A DNA stretch of 26,885 bases from a virus. Its lineage: Duplodnaviria; Caudoviricetes. Positions 16,655 to 25,736 of the stretch are shown piece after piece (position 1 is the stretch's first letter; the number at the start of each line of letters is the position of its first letter). The stretch is taken from IMG/VR virus record IMGVR_UViG_3300010239_000031, positions 1 through 26,885 of that record; one strand, written 5' to 3'. Position numbers and translations under genes: made by a program. A model generated the notes under the pieces. That model did no database searches, was not told the DNA's origin, and saw nothing but the letters and a program-made list of their open reading frames with translations.

Positions 16655-19600
16655 TTGAGTGATCATAGCCTTGCTGTGCAGGTTCAGATGGATGCTGAGG
16701 AAGTGTTGAACGGTTTGAATGAGATTAACAATATGCTATCAAATCTTCCAGGTTCAGTGGAAGTCGATTTCACCAGTGAAGATGCAATCACTCCCATCCT
16801 TGAATCTATCCAGGAGGGTTTGAACAGCCTGCCCTCAGACGTTGAAATCACCATCTCAGCATTCGATGACTTCGCCACAGAGACCATCACAAATCTTAAA
16901 GACCTTGTGGAGGCATTGCCATCAGAAGTGAATGTGAACCTCACAGCAGAGGATAATGCATCGGATCTGCTTGATTCTTTGAAGGAGAAACTCTCTGAGG
17001 AATTCAACATAACATTGAACGTTGATGATAACGCTACAGAAACAATTACAAGCCTGAAAGAACTCCTTAGTGAACTCCCATCCACTGTGGATATCTCCTT
17101 GAATGTGGAGGGTAATGCTACAGAAATAGTTGAGAGACTCCATGAACTCCTAGGGGATATCCCTGATGAGGTCACAACCACAGTGAACGCTGAAGTTAAT
17201 GAAGGGGGGGTGGAAGACCTTAAGGCTAAACTTGAGGAGATCGATGGGACCACATATGATACTGCAGTTAATGTGGATACAGAATCAATTGAAACAGCTA
17301 CTGAGACAACAAACACATTCACCGGAGCTGTTGATGGTTTAACATCGAAGGTTGCTGGCTTAACGGCGGGATTCTTCTCATATAATAAAACACTCGAACT
17401 CTTAGATTATAATAGGATAATTGAGCAGTCAGCAATTCTCACGAATGCAACTCAAAGTCAGAGAGAAGCCATGGAGGATCTAATCCGTGAAAACTATGTC
17501 TACTCACTAGGGATGAAGGGAACAGCGTCAGTGATGTACACACTTGCAGCCTACACCAATGATGTGAACTTGACTATGGGATACTTTGAAGCAGCCCTTC
17601 TTGGGGTTAAAAGGAGTGGTGAGGATGCCTCTACAGTGTCACTGGCACTTGCAAGGGTCTTCAGAAATTTCAATGTCAGCGTCCAGGACTCAATGGATAC
17701 TGTTAATCTCTTCCTTGGGCTTTGGAGGATTTCAGGTTATCCATCCTTCACACAGTTCATTGATACCGTTGATAGGCTCGGATACTTCTTCAGACAAGCC
17801 GGTTTGAATGCTGAGGACACAGCCAGGATAATTGCATCAGTAGGCCCTGTTGGCACACGACTTCTGAGACCATTCGCTAAAGAGTTAACTGAAATCTCAA
17901 GGGAATGGGAGAGGGGTGGTACGGGTGTCCAGGAATACGGTGATAAACTTGAAAAGTTTGGCGTGGCTGTGAAAGACGCTCATGGTAATATCAGACCATT
18001 CCGTGATGTGCTTTTTGATTTTATAGAGGTTCTTTCTCGGATTCCTGATCAGCAGGAACGTGTTAGGGTGGCCACTGAGGTTTTTGGTGAATCGGTGGGG
18101 CCAGCGCTGGCACAGGTGGCAAGTAACTGGAAAACCACGGGTAAGGTAACTGAAGAGGAATCTGAGAGGATGAACAAAGCGCTCGGTAAATCAGCGGAAA
18201 AACATAGGGATATATTAGGATGGATAAGGTACTATCTGGATCAGTTCGTGATATGGTTGAACGATTTTTTCGGTGACATGGGCCTAATCGGAGAATCACT
18301 GCTTGTTGGGGTATTCGCAAAAGCCGCTGAGTACCTTGCCGAAGGCTTAAAGAGACTCATCCCACGTGTCACTGGGGCTATCAGGAGGCTATTGTCCGAC
18401 GGATTCGATGAATTGAAGGGAAGGTTGCCTGAGGAACTGTCACGCCGCCTCATAGATACATTATCTGAAGGATTTGATAAGGCGGCGGGCAAAGCAAAGG
18501 ATATCATTAAGGGGTTTATTGACACGATTAAGAGGATCCTTGGTGATGAGACAGGCCGTTTAACACCTAAAATTGAGATCCCTGCAGAATTCAAATTCAA
18601 ACTCCCCAAAATAGATTTAACTATAGGGGATACTCAGATTGATGACGCTGCAAGGACCCTCCTAGAGAGATTCACGGGGGGTGTTGATGACGCTGCGAGG
18701 GGGTTCCTCTCAAGGTTCTCATCATCATTGGATGATGCTGCGAGGGTGAGCCTCCCCTCCCTCGGATCCAGGATAGGTTCACTCCTTGTGAGGGGTATTG
18801 GTGAGGGTGTGGGTGCGGCTCTCATGACCGTGGACATCCTCGCAAACTTCAGGCAATACTTGAGTGATGCTCTCACAGATCCTACAAAATTAGTTGGGCC
18901 TATAAGCTATACAATCCCTGAACCTTTAAAGAAACTATTAAGTCCCGAAAACCTCTTCAAGAGGCTGTACGGCCCTGAGGAGTGGGAGAAGAGGAAGGGT
19001 ATCCTCATGGATAATACTAAAAAGTATGTAGAGGATCCCATCCGCGAGCAGCTCCGAGAGTTCGCTGAGAACCCGCCAGGGTACCTCATCCAGGGATTCA
19101 GTCAGATGTGGAATGATTTCAAATCATGGGTATCATCTCATATACCCAAGTTCAGATGGCCAAGACTTCCCAGCCTCAGCATACCTAACCCTGTGACTGC
19201 TATCCAATCCGCGTGGGCCAAATTTAGGGAATGGGTGTCATCTCATATACCCCGATTCAGGTGGCCACGCCTACCTAACATCACAATACCCAACATAGTC
19301 GGAGCTATCCAATCCGCTTGGGCCAAATTCAGGTCATGGGTATCATCCAATATACCCCGATTCAGGTGGCCCAGACTCCCCAACGTATCCATGCCTGATA
19401 TCCTCGGGGCATTCAGGAGGACATGGAGCACCTTCACATCTAAGGTTAGGGGGGTCTTCTCAGGCTTCAAGTGGCCACGCCTCCCCCTCCCTAACTTCAG
19501 TGGGATAGCATCCAGTTTCAGAGCGTGGGGGGCACGCTTCATCCACAACCTTGTTGAAGGGATAAGGTCCGCCCTCCCCAACCTGAACAATATCCTCGCT

Positions 19601-19996
19601 AAGATCAGGCGACTACTCCCATCGTCACCCCCCAAGGAGGGCCCCCTATCCAGCCTCACCTATGACGTCATGAAGGAGTACGGTTACCTCCTGGGTCATA
19701 GTTTCAGTGAGGGCCTCAGCGCCACCATCCCCTCTGTCATTGATGGCCTTGGAAGAGCCCCATCACCCCCCAGCCTCTACATCCCCACTGGTGGTGTGGG
19801 GGCCATCCACTCCCTGCAGCCCAGGGTGGAGGTCCACACACATGTGAATGTGGATACAGTGAGATCCGAGGTTGACGTGGAGAGGATGGCTGATAAGATC
19901 ACGCGTAAAGTTGCGGAGCAGATGGATGAGGAGATGCTCCGCCAGGGGATCCCCGGATTCCTGTATGGTAACAGGTACGTGACTGCTCTGAGGTGA
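16655..19996 (+). CDS. Tape measure protein
   Basis: 1113 aa helical protein after the chaperone; LEKFGVAVKDAHGNIRPFRDVL and LPSSPPKEGPL motifs; internal repeats. Confidence 0.92.
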   Translation: MSDHSLAVQVQMDAEEVLNGLNEINNMLSNLPGSVEVDFTSEDAITPILESIQEGLNSLPSDVEITISAFDDFATETITNLKDLVEALPSEVNVNLTAEDNASDLLDSLKEKLSEEFNITLNVDDNATETITSLKELLSELPSTVDISLNVEGNATEIVERLHELLGDIPDEVTTTVNAEVNEGGVEDLKAKLEEIDGTTYDTAVNVDTESIETATETTNTFTGAVDGLTSKVAGLTAGFFSYNKTLELLDYNRIIEQSAILTNATQSQREAMEDLIRENYVYSLGMKGTASVMYTLAAYTNDVNLTMGYFEAALLGVKRSGEDASTVSLALARVFRNFNVSVQDSMDTVNLFLGLWRISGYPSFTQFIDTVDRLGYFFRQAGLNAEDTARIIASVGPVGTRLLRPFAKELTEISREWERGGTGVQEYGDKLEKFGVAVKDAHGNIRPFRDVLFDFIEVLSRIPDQQERVRVATEVFGESVGPALAQVASNWKTTGKVTEEESERMNKALGKSAEKHRDILGWIRYYLDQFVIWLNDFFGDMGLIGESLLVGVFAKAAEYLAEGLKRLIPRVTGAIRRLLSDGFDELKGRLPEELSRRLIDTLSEGFDKAAGKAKDIIKGFIDTIKRILGDETGRLTPKIEIPAEFKFKLPKIDLTIGDTQIDDAARTLLERFTGGVDDAARGFLSRFSSSLDDAARVSLPSLGSRIGSLLVRGIGEGVGAALMTVDILANFRQYLSDALTDPTKLVGPISYTIPEPLKKLLSPENLFKRLYGPEEWEKRKGILMDNTKKYVEDPIREQLREFAENPPGYLIQGFSQMWNDFKSWVSSHIPKFRWPRLPSLSIPNPVTAIQSAWAKFREWVSSHIPRFRWPRLPNITIPNIVGAIQSAWAKFRSWVSSNIPRFRWPRLPNVSMPDILGAFRRTWSTFTSKVRGVFSGFKWPRLPLPNFSGIASSFRAWGARFIHNLVEGIRSALPNLNNILAKIRRLLPSSPPKEGPLSSLTYDVMKEYGYLLGHSFSEGLSATIPSVIDGLGRAPSPPSLYIPTGGVGAIHSLQPRVEVHTHVNVDTVRSEVDVERMADKITRKVAEQMDEEMLRQGIPGFLYGNRYVTALR
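16745..17200 (+). repeat. About 28-aa acidic repeats in the TMP N-terminus (approximate bounds)
   Basis: LPS(D/E)V.I.L..(E/D)D.ATETI..LK unit repeated about 5 times. Confidence 0.7.
19105..19500 (+). repeat. 105-bp / 35-aa tandem repeats in the TMP C-terminus (approximate bounds)
   Basis: W..F.SWVSS.IP.FRWPRLP unit, 3 close copies plus 1 degenerate. Confidence 0.85.
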
Positions 19997-20439
19997 TGAT
20001 GATGGTGATAGTATATGGTGACTGGAGTATAGAGGGGAAGAAACCATCAGGGATAGTGTCTGTACATGTGAGTCTGCCCACCGTCACCCTGCAATGTGTA
20101 GCCCTCCCATCCTCAAATGGCACCCCCCTCGATGAGATTAAGGAGTTCATGGCCATGGCGAGGTACCAGGTGACTGATGATTACCTCCTCAACATGGGGA
20201 CATACGTCCAGGGGGACAGACGCAGGGACCTCCTCCGCATCAGCGACGGGGTGAACCATTACCTCGGCCTCATCGAAGCCCCGGATTACACGCTGGATAA
20301 GTTCAGTGAGGAGATCATAGAGTACACACTCAAGATCCACCTCGAGTTACCCTCTGATATCTCCAAAGTCTACAGTGCAAGCCCATTCAGTCCCTCCTCT
20401 TTTAATTCCTTCTATTTCCGTGTGGGGGGTTCGCAGTGA
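19993..20439 (+). CDS. Putative distal tail protein
   Basis: First gene after the TMP; size. Confidence 0.45.
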   Translation: MMMMVIVYGDWSIEGKKPSGIVSVHVSLPTVTLQCVALPSSNGTPLDEIKEFMAMARYQVTDDYLLNMGTYVQGDRRRDLLRISDGVNHYLGLIEAPDYTLDKFSEEIIEYTLKIHLELPSDISKVYSASPFSPSSFNSFYFRVGGSQ

Positions 20440-21218
20440 AGGATTTCAGGATGATAGAGTGGGGGGGCCTTGGATGGGTGGATATGGAGGAACAGGTCAT
20501 CACTGCGCGGAGGGGTGACACCGTCAAGGGGTACTTCACAATCAAGAACACGGGGGACACGGTGATAGATGACCTACTCATCCACGCCGCCCCTGACCCA
20601 TTCGCGAAATTCAGTGATAAACAGGTGCAGATGAATGACCTGATGATGAACTGCCTGTACTTCACATCCAGTCTCCCGGATAAGATAATGCCAGGGGAGG
20701 AAGTCACCGTATACTACACATTGGATTGCATGTATAGTGGGCCCTTCCAGTTCATCATCCTCGCATCCGCGTCTAACCCTACAGGAGAGTTTCACACGGG
20801 GCCCCCATTTAATTATAATGCGGTCGTGAAAGGCCCCTACATTAACCGTGAGGAATGGTTCATTGACTTTAATCTTCCAGCGCCCCCGAGGAGGTCGAGG
20901 GGGGACTATGAGGACATCGCCATCGCCCCCACCGGGGGGGACCTCCCGTATATCCCATGGATCTGGCTCAAGAGGGGTGACGGGGGTGAGTGGAAGATAC
21001 GGGCCTACCTCAACGCCCCCGGGGGGTTCACCCCACGGGTCTCGGATAAGTGGATGGGGTACATCTACACGGGTTTCAGCGTCCCCCACGATCCGGGGAG
21101 GCTGGTGAATTATGAGTGGTTGAAGAGCCAGAGCCCCACGGCGACTGTGAATATCACGTCGTGGAGGGAGTCCACCTGCATCTATGATTATTTCGTCGTG
21201 AAGGGGGTGATACGATGA
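20436..21218 (+). CDS. Putative tail-tip protein, beta-rich (Ig-like N-domain)
   Basis: GDTVKGYFTIKNTGDTVI...IMPGEEVTVYY pattern; synteny. Confidence 0.5.
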   Translation: MKDFRMIEWGGLGWVDMEEQVITARRGDTVKGYFTIKNTGDTVIDDLLIHAAPDPFAKFSDKQVQMNDLMMNCLYFTSSLPDKIMPGEEVTVYYTLDCMYSGPFQFIILASASNPTGEFHTGPPFNYNAVVKGPYINREEWFIDFNLPAPPRRSRGDYEDIAIAPTGGDLPYIPWIWLKRGDGGEWKIRAYLNAPGGFTPRVSDKWMGYIYTGFSVPHDPGRLVNYEWLKSQSPTATVNITSWRESTCIYDYFVVKGVIR

Positions 21219-21904
21219 TGTTAATCAGGGGGGATAGGGCCCTCCTTTTCACCAGCCTCCGCATCAGCCACCAGATCAATTCCACAGCAATGATTCATTT
21301 TGACACCCCTGAGGACATCAGAATCGGTGATAAAGTAATGGTCAGGGGGGACGACGACAAACTACTATTCTATGGGTACGTGAACTACATCTCCCTCGAC
21401 TACAAGACAATGAGGAGGAGGTGCAAGGGGGTGGCAAGCCCAATCCTGAACAAGCTCATGCAGTACTCGTACACATTCCCAGACTCAGAGTTTCGGTCAT
21501 GGGGGGTGGTAATGTTACGGTTCCTGCAGAGTTGTGGGGTGCGGTTACACCCTCATTCATACGTCCCCTCTAATAATATAGGGAGAGGGTACTTGTATGG
21601 GACAATGGCACAGCCAGGGGCCACGGCCCTGGACACGTTCCTGAAGCTCCACCCCTTTTTTGGGCGGATTGAGACTGAAGGTAGTAAGAGGTATGTGACT
21701 GTGAAATGGGATGACATCATCAACAACCTGATCGAGGAGACAGGCAGGGACCTTTTCTGGGTCCTCTACGATGACATGATATACGTAGGGGTGAAGGGCG
21801 CTGCGGGGTTTGAGGTGGACCCCACAATCCTCACCTCCGCGGTGATCACAGAGGATGCCACACAAATCGTAGAGTCACTGCAGAACATACAGGTGGTGTA
21901 CTAA
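21215..21904 (+). CDS. Baseplate hub-like protein, N-terminal part
   Basis: IRIGDKVMV...LLFYGYVNYI hub-type strands. Confidence 0.55.
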   Translation: MMLIRGDRALLFTSLRISHQINSTAMIHFDTPEDIRIGDKVMVRGDDDKLLFYGYVNYISLDYKTMRRRCKGVASPILNKLMQYSYTFPDSEFRSWGVVMLRFLQSCGVRLHPHSYVPSNNIGRGYLYGTMAQPGATALDTFLKLHPFFGRIETEGSKRYVTVKWDDIINNLIEETGRDLFWVLYDDMIYVGVKGAAGFEVDPTILTSAVITEDATQIVESLQNIQVVY

Positions 21905-22945
21905 TTGGTGAGTGATCAGTGGCTACAGGATGTGAGGGGGTGGTACCGTGTCCCCATAGGGGGCACGGAGATCCAGTACCTTGAAGGGGACGATTGGAGC
22001 GTCGACGTGGGATGGGCGTTGGGGTGGCCGAGGAAGAAGACATCCACCTACTCACCATTCACTGACCCCGGGGCCTCCGCTTCACGGTTCGGCTTCAGCT
22101 ACAAGCCAGTCGATAATTGGAGGTATATGGTCATTGAGTCGCCTGACTTCAGCACCCCCATCGGTGTTTCGAGGGCGGGGGCGACGGTCCTCGCCCAGGG
22201 CGGGCGGCCATCGGCGACCGCGGGGATATGGACAGTCGCATGGGTAAGCGGCCCCACCACCTACGCCCAGTGGGATGATGAAATCAAAACCCTCATAATC
22301 GACCCAGGGTACTATGTAACCAAGGAGTGGGCTGTGGTGATGAAGTACTGGTCATCCGCGAGGTCAGGGCCTGTGTTCAGCACCGCCACCGTGAAGCTAT
22401 ACAGTATTGGCCCCCCATCCACATTCAGTCCGGTCCCTGAGTTCAGTGAGGATGAAAGCAGAAACCCAGAGTGGGGGCATAAGGAACCAGGACCCCTCCC
22501 ATCCGGGGGCCCTAAATATATAGATTATGGGGCGTCTAAGAGTGGGGGCCCTATCTTGGGGAGGGGGCCATTCACTGATGCGGAGAGTCGTAGGGAGGAA
22601 GGGAACCCACTCAACCCATTCCTCAGTTACCCTGGAGTGAATGATGATAATAGTCTCTTCAATGTCACAAACCCGTTCTCTAATCCCTATGTATCTGAGA
22701 AGGCCGCGAAGCCGGGGAGTGAAATAGAATGCACGGTGGAGGGATACTATGAGTGCCTCGTAGGGGACCATATCATCCTCCCAGAGGACCCAGGGCGGAG
22801 GCGGTTCATCATCACGGATGTGACCTACTCCTCCGACGACGGCGCGATCAGGACGACGATCAGGGGATCAGTGGATGGGGAGATCAGAACGTCACAGGCC
22901 ACACTAATCCGCGGCCTCGTGAACTACCTGTATGGCAGACGATGA
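21905..22945 (+). CDS. Baseplate hub-like protein, C-terminal part
   Basis: Same frame as the previous ORF across a single TAA; ends with VGDHIIL...FIITDVTY...TTIRG. Confidence 0.55.
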   Translation: MVSDQWLQDVRGWYRVPIGGTEIQYLEGDDWSVDVGWALGWPRKKTSTYSPFTDPGASASRFGFSYKPVDNWRYMVIESPDFSTPIGVSRAGATVLAQGGRPSATAGIWTVAWVSGPTTYAQWDDEIKTLIIDPGYYVTKEWAVVMKYWSSARSGPVFSTATVKLYSIGPPSTFSPVPEFSEDESRNPEWGHKEPGPLPSGGPKYIDYGASKSGGPILGRGPFTDAESRREEGNPLNPFLSYPGVNDDNSLFNVTNPFSNPYVSEKAAKPGSEIECTVEGYYECLVGDHIILPEDPGRRRFIITDVTYSSDDGAIRTTIRGSVDGEIRTSQATLIRGLVNYLYGRR

Positions 22946-22962
22946 ATATTTGGAGGTGAAAG

Positions 22963-23574
22963 GTGATGAAGGTATGGCATAAGGCGGTGGCAAGTCAGAA
23001 CCACCAGATAGATGGGGATGATTGGAATGATGAACACTTGATAGAGGGCCTAGACGAATTCATATCCACATACTGCCCCTACTCAGTGAAGGGCGGGGGG
23101 AATATCCAGGACAAGGACGGATCATACACGGTGAACCTGAATTACACCAGCAGCACAATCCCTGGGGAAATAATAGTTGAGTTCAGGTGCACGGGGAGGA
23201 GGAAGGACTCGAATGACGCCCCAGTCATCCTCCGAGTTGATAGTGACAGCACAGAATCCAATTACGCGGGGGTATACTTCAAGATAGGATCAAGTGGCCC
23301 CACATATGGGGCTACGAGTGGCGGGGGCCTCCCAATACTCTCCCTCCAAGACCAGGGTTCAGCTGGGGATTACCCCTTGATGGGGAGACTCGAGTGCTAC
23401 CTGAATGGGAGGATACTCACAGTATCATCTCTTGTCGCAGGTGGGGGTGCTATGAATATAGTCTCGGGGATGTACACGAAGGCCTCGGTGTTCACGAACC
23501 CCCCAACCCTGTCACTTATCATTCCAGGTAATGGGTACATTGATGAGCTAGTCTGGAGGGTGATGCTGGGATGA
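22963..23574 (+). CDS. Putative receptor-binding / tail fibre protein 1
   Basis: N-terminal WH...DWN..H.I anchor shared with the next gene; GGAGGTGA RBS. Confidence 0.5.
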   Translation: MMKVWHKAVASQNHQIDGDDWNDEHLIEGLDEFISTYCPYSVKGGGNIQDKDGSYTVNLNYTSSTIPGEIIVEFRCTGRRKDSNDAPVILRVDSDSTESNYAGVYFKIGSSGPTYGATSGGGLPILSLQDQGSAGDYPLMGRLECYLNGRILTVSSLVAGGGAMNIVSGMYTKASVFTNPPTLSLIIPGNGYIDELVWRVMLG

Positions 23575-24194
23575 TATGGCATCGTAGTAAGATTGGGGGG
23601 GCTGTGACCCCTGGCGACTGGAATCAGGACCCGCATGTGATTGATAGGGACGCCCTTCTAGATTACCTCGGCTCCGGTGTCGGCTCCGGTGGAGGCGGCA
23701 GCAGTGGTCACTGGCGCCTCCTCAAGCTTTACAACTTTGAGGAGCCAATTCATTCCTTTAATTTCCAGGTGCCAACCGATTTAGACGTGCTTAAACTCGA
23801 GTACGCGGTGAGGGTTACATGGTCCGCTGGTGAGGGCCATTTCAGAATACTCTTTAACAATGATGATAACAAGTCGAACTATAGCAGCTTCATGCACTAT
23901 ATTGACACTAGCGGGGGCCATAGCAGGGTGGATACATGGCCCTTTGAGTATCCATTCTTCGCCCGAGGAGAAGCAGCTAACGAGATAGCGATGAACGTTG
24001 GGCATGTATTGATCACCTTGAAACCTGGAGTGAGGCGGTTTGCTGTGAATGATAACACGATAATTGGTAGGGATTACAGGTTTTGGGGGGTGCAGATTGG
24101 CCGTTGGAACGATTTAACCTCTACTGTTGATTCAATCCACATTAAATCGCGTGATGGGACTTTAACCGGGAAGGTGGCGGTATATGGCTGGTGA
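23571..24194 (+). CDS. Putative receptor-binding / tail fibre protein 2
   Basis: Same anchor, Gly-Ser linker, beta-rich C-domain. Confidence 0.55.
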   Translation: MIWHRSKIGGAVTPGDWNQDPHVIDRDALLDYLGSGVGSGGGGSSGHWRLLKLYNFEEPIHSFNFQVPTDLDVLKLEYAVRVTWSAGEGHFRILFNNDDNKSNYSSFMHYIDTSGGHSRVDTWPFEYPFFARGEAANEIAMNVGHVLITLKPGVRRFAVNDNTIIGRDYRFWGVQIGRWNDLTSTVDSIHIKSRDGTLTGKVAVYGW

Positions 24195-24348
24195 ATTTAG
24201 GGTTATGATCCCAGAGGATGGTGATGGGCAACTTTCTCTGACCCATTTCCTGAATGAATACACTGGAGATGAGGACTTCGCAGGGTCAGGGGTGATTACT
24301 GAAATTAATGATGAGTTTAATGAATCTAATTTTTGGAGGTGGACATGA
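24184..24348 (+). CDS. Small acidic ORF, 54 aa (MAGEFRVMIPEDGDGQLSLTHFLNEY...FWRWT), not in ORF track
   Basis: RBS-like GGAAGGTGGCGG; ATGA overlap with pei. Confidence 0.5.
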   Translation: MAGEFRVMIPEDGDGQLSLTHFLNEYTGDEDFAGSGVITEINDEFNESNFWRWT

Positions 24349-25028
24349 TTAATAAGAACACTCCAGAGTATGTATCCATAACCCAATTTAAAGACATGTT
24401 AAGCAGGTACAACCGCTTCAAGGAGGTTAATGGGAGAGAACCCAGGGTAGTGTTCATCAACTCAGGTGGGGGCCCAAGCGTATCGTTAGAAACCTTCAAA
24501 GACATGTGCAAGAGATATAATCAGTTCCTTGAAGAAAACCGAAGGGAGCCAAGGATAGTATACGTGACTCCCCCTGAACCACCCGTGCCTGAGGAGGTCA
24601 GGGAGATGCGCAGGGTTCTCGGTGAATTCAAAACAGCCACACAGCTTTACACTCTCGTCTCAAGGAGATGTAAGTACAAATTCTACTATAATGACCAAAC
24701 ACCAAACAGGGAAGCCCTTAAAAAGATGGTGACTGATGGGATCAATTGCACCGACGCCTGTCAAGTTTTCAAGCCAGTTATCGAGGGACTCGGCTATTCA
24801 GTCCGCATAGAACACGTTAAAGTTAAATGTAACGACAACAAGTGGTATGGGCATTACTTCCTCCGCGTCGCGGGGAAGGAATTGGCCAGCGTCAGTCTCC
24901 CCTCTGAACGGTGGACAGTCTGGGACTATGTCAGCGCCACCAAGACGGGCCGGCCCTTGGGGGCCCCCTGCTGTAGTAGGGGTATCCAACATCTTGGTTG
25001 GGGGATAGTGGGTCCTGTTTATGATTGA
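24345..25028 (+). CDS. peiP: Pseudomurein endoisopeptidase (PeiP-like endolysin) with two PMB repeats
   Basis: PMB repeats (FKDM..RY..F...N.REPR.V), transglutaminase-like triad INCTD / YGHY / VWDY; GGAGGTGG RBS. Confidence 0.93.
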   Translation: MINKNTPEYVSITQFKDMLSRYNRFKEVNGREPRVVFINSGGGPSVSLETFKDMCKRYNQFLEENRREPRIVYVTPPEPPVPEEVREMRRVLGEFKTATQLYTLVSRRCKYKFYYNDQTPNREALKKMVTDGINCTDACQVFKPVIEGLGYSVRIEHVKVKCNDNKWYGHYFLRVAGKELASVSLPSERWTVWDYVSATKTGRPLGAPCCSRGIQHLGWGIVGPVYD

Positions 25029-25168
25029 TATTACATAAAAAAATAAATAAGAAGAGATATTGTTTGTGGCAGAGACATGCATGTGTTGTTGTGATTGCAT
25101 TGAATATATTACTTTCTATAAGTATCAGTACGAAAATTTGAAGGGAAAATTAAACTTTCTTGTTTAAT

Positions 25169-25185
25169 TTTATTATTAAAAATTT
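25169..25185 (+). repeat. att-like 17-bp core, right copy (candidate attR)
   Basis: TTTATTATTAAAAATTT between pei and the first ORB; reverse complement at 5074-5090. Confidence 0.65.
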
Positions 25186-25206
25186 GTTTAAAATGGTGAC
25201 ATCAGG

Positions 25207-25591
25207 TTCAACTGTAAAAGGTTCTTTCCTGGTTCAGCCTGGTTTACAGAGCGAAAAATAAAAACCTTAAATACACTTGAAATAAATGTCTCAAAAAATC
25301 GAGATCAATTAATACTAACTTACACTTGAAATGGATGTCTCCCTTACAGGTCATCAGAACCATGGTCAGATTACACTTGAAATGAATGTCTCACACATCT
25401 CCCCCTGAATCAGAAAAAGGGCCGAGGAAGAGCAGGATTTTTACACTTGAAATTCATCTCTCATGAGTTCCCATCGAGGATGCAGATGGTTACACTTGAA
25501 ATGGATGTCCCACATACGTTATTATAAATCAAGCTGGTTTTAATAAAAACTTTTATCTAATAGTTGGAATAAGAAAATTTACACTTGAAAT
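25207..25591. other. oriC: Chromosomal replication origin oriC with ORB repeats
   Basis: TTACACTTGAAAT at 25320, 25371, 25441, 25490 and 25579; a 1-mismatch copy at 25271; an inverted TTACAGTTGAA at 25207-25217; AT-rich tract about 25518-25560; directly upstream of cdc6. Confidence 0.92.
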
Positions 25592-25736
25592 CTACCACAC
25601 TCCCACATCAGGGAATGGTAGTACGGGGCGCTGCCAGCTGAAAAGGTCATCCTGAATTTCACTGTATCCAGATTTTAGGGCCTTTATTGATAATTTGATG
25701 CAGCAGTTTTCTCTAAAAATTAGTTGAAGTGGTACC

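Larger units (their letters stand above)
1..25185. mobile_element. Provirus, psiM2/psiM100-like archaeal siphovirus (left end probably outside the window or rearranged)
   Basis: Complete terminase-portal-head-tail-TMP-baseplate-endolysin order, a tyrosine integrase and a PeiP-like lysin; ends at an AT-only att-like core before host oriC/cdc6. Confidence 0.93.

Noticed and set aside
6006-20156. Long minus-strand ORFs within the late region (e.g. 6006-6557, 11503-12060, 16684-17322, 19243-19659)
   Set aside because: Antisense shadows of well-supported structural genes, with no motifs or RBS
22963-25185. Diversity-generating retroelement or shufflon acting on the tail fibre genes
   Set aside because: No reverse transcriptase, no template/variable repeat pair and no local invertase or inverted cassettes seen
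25271-25591. Regularly recurring repeats resembling a mini CRISPR array
   Set aside because: The core is only 13 bp, spacing is irregular (49-89 bp), there are no cas genes, and the motif next to cdc6 matches origin recognition boxes
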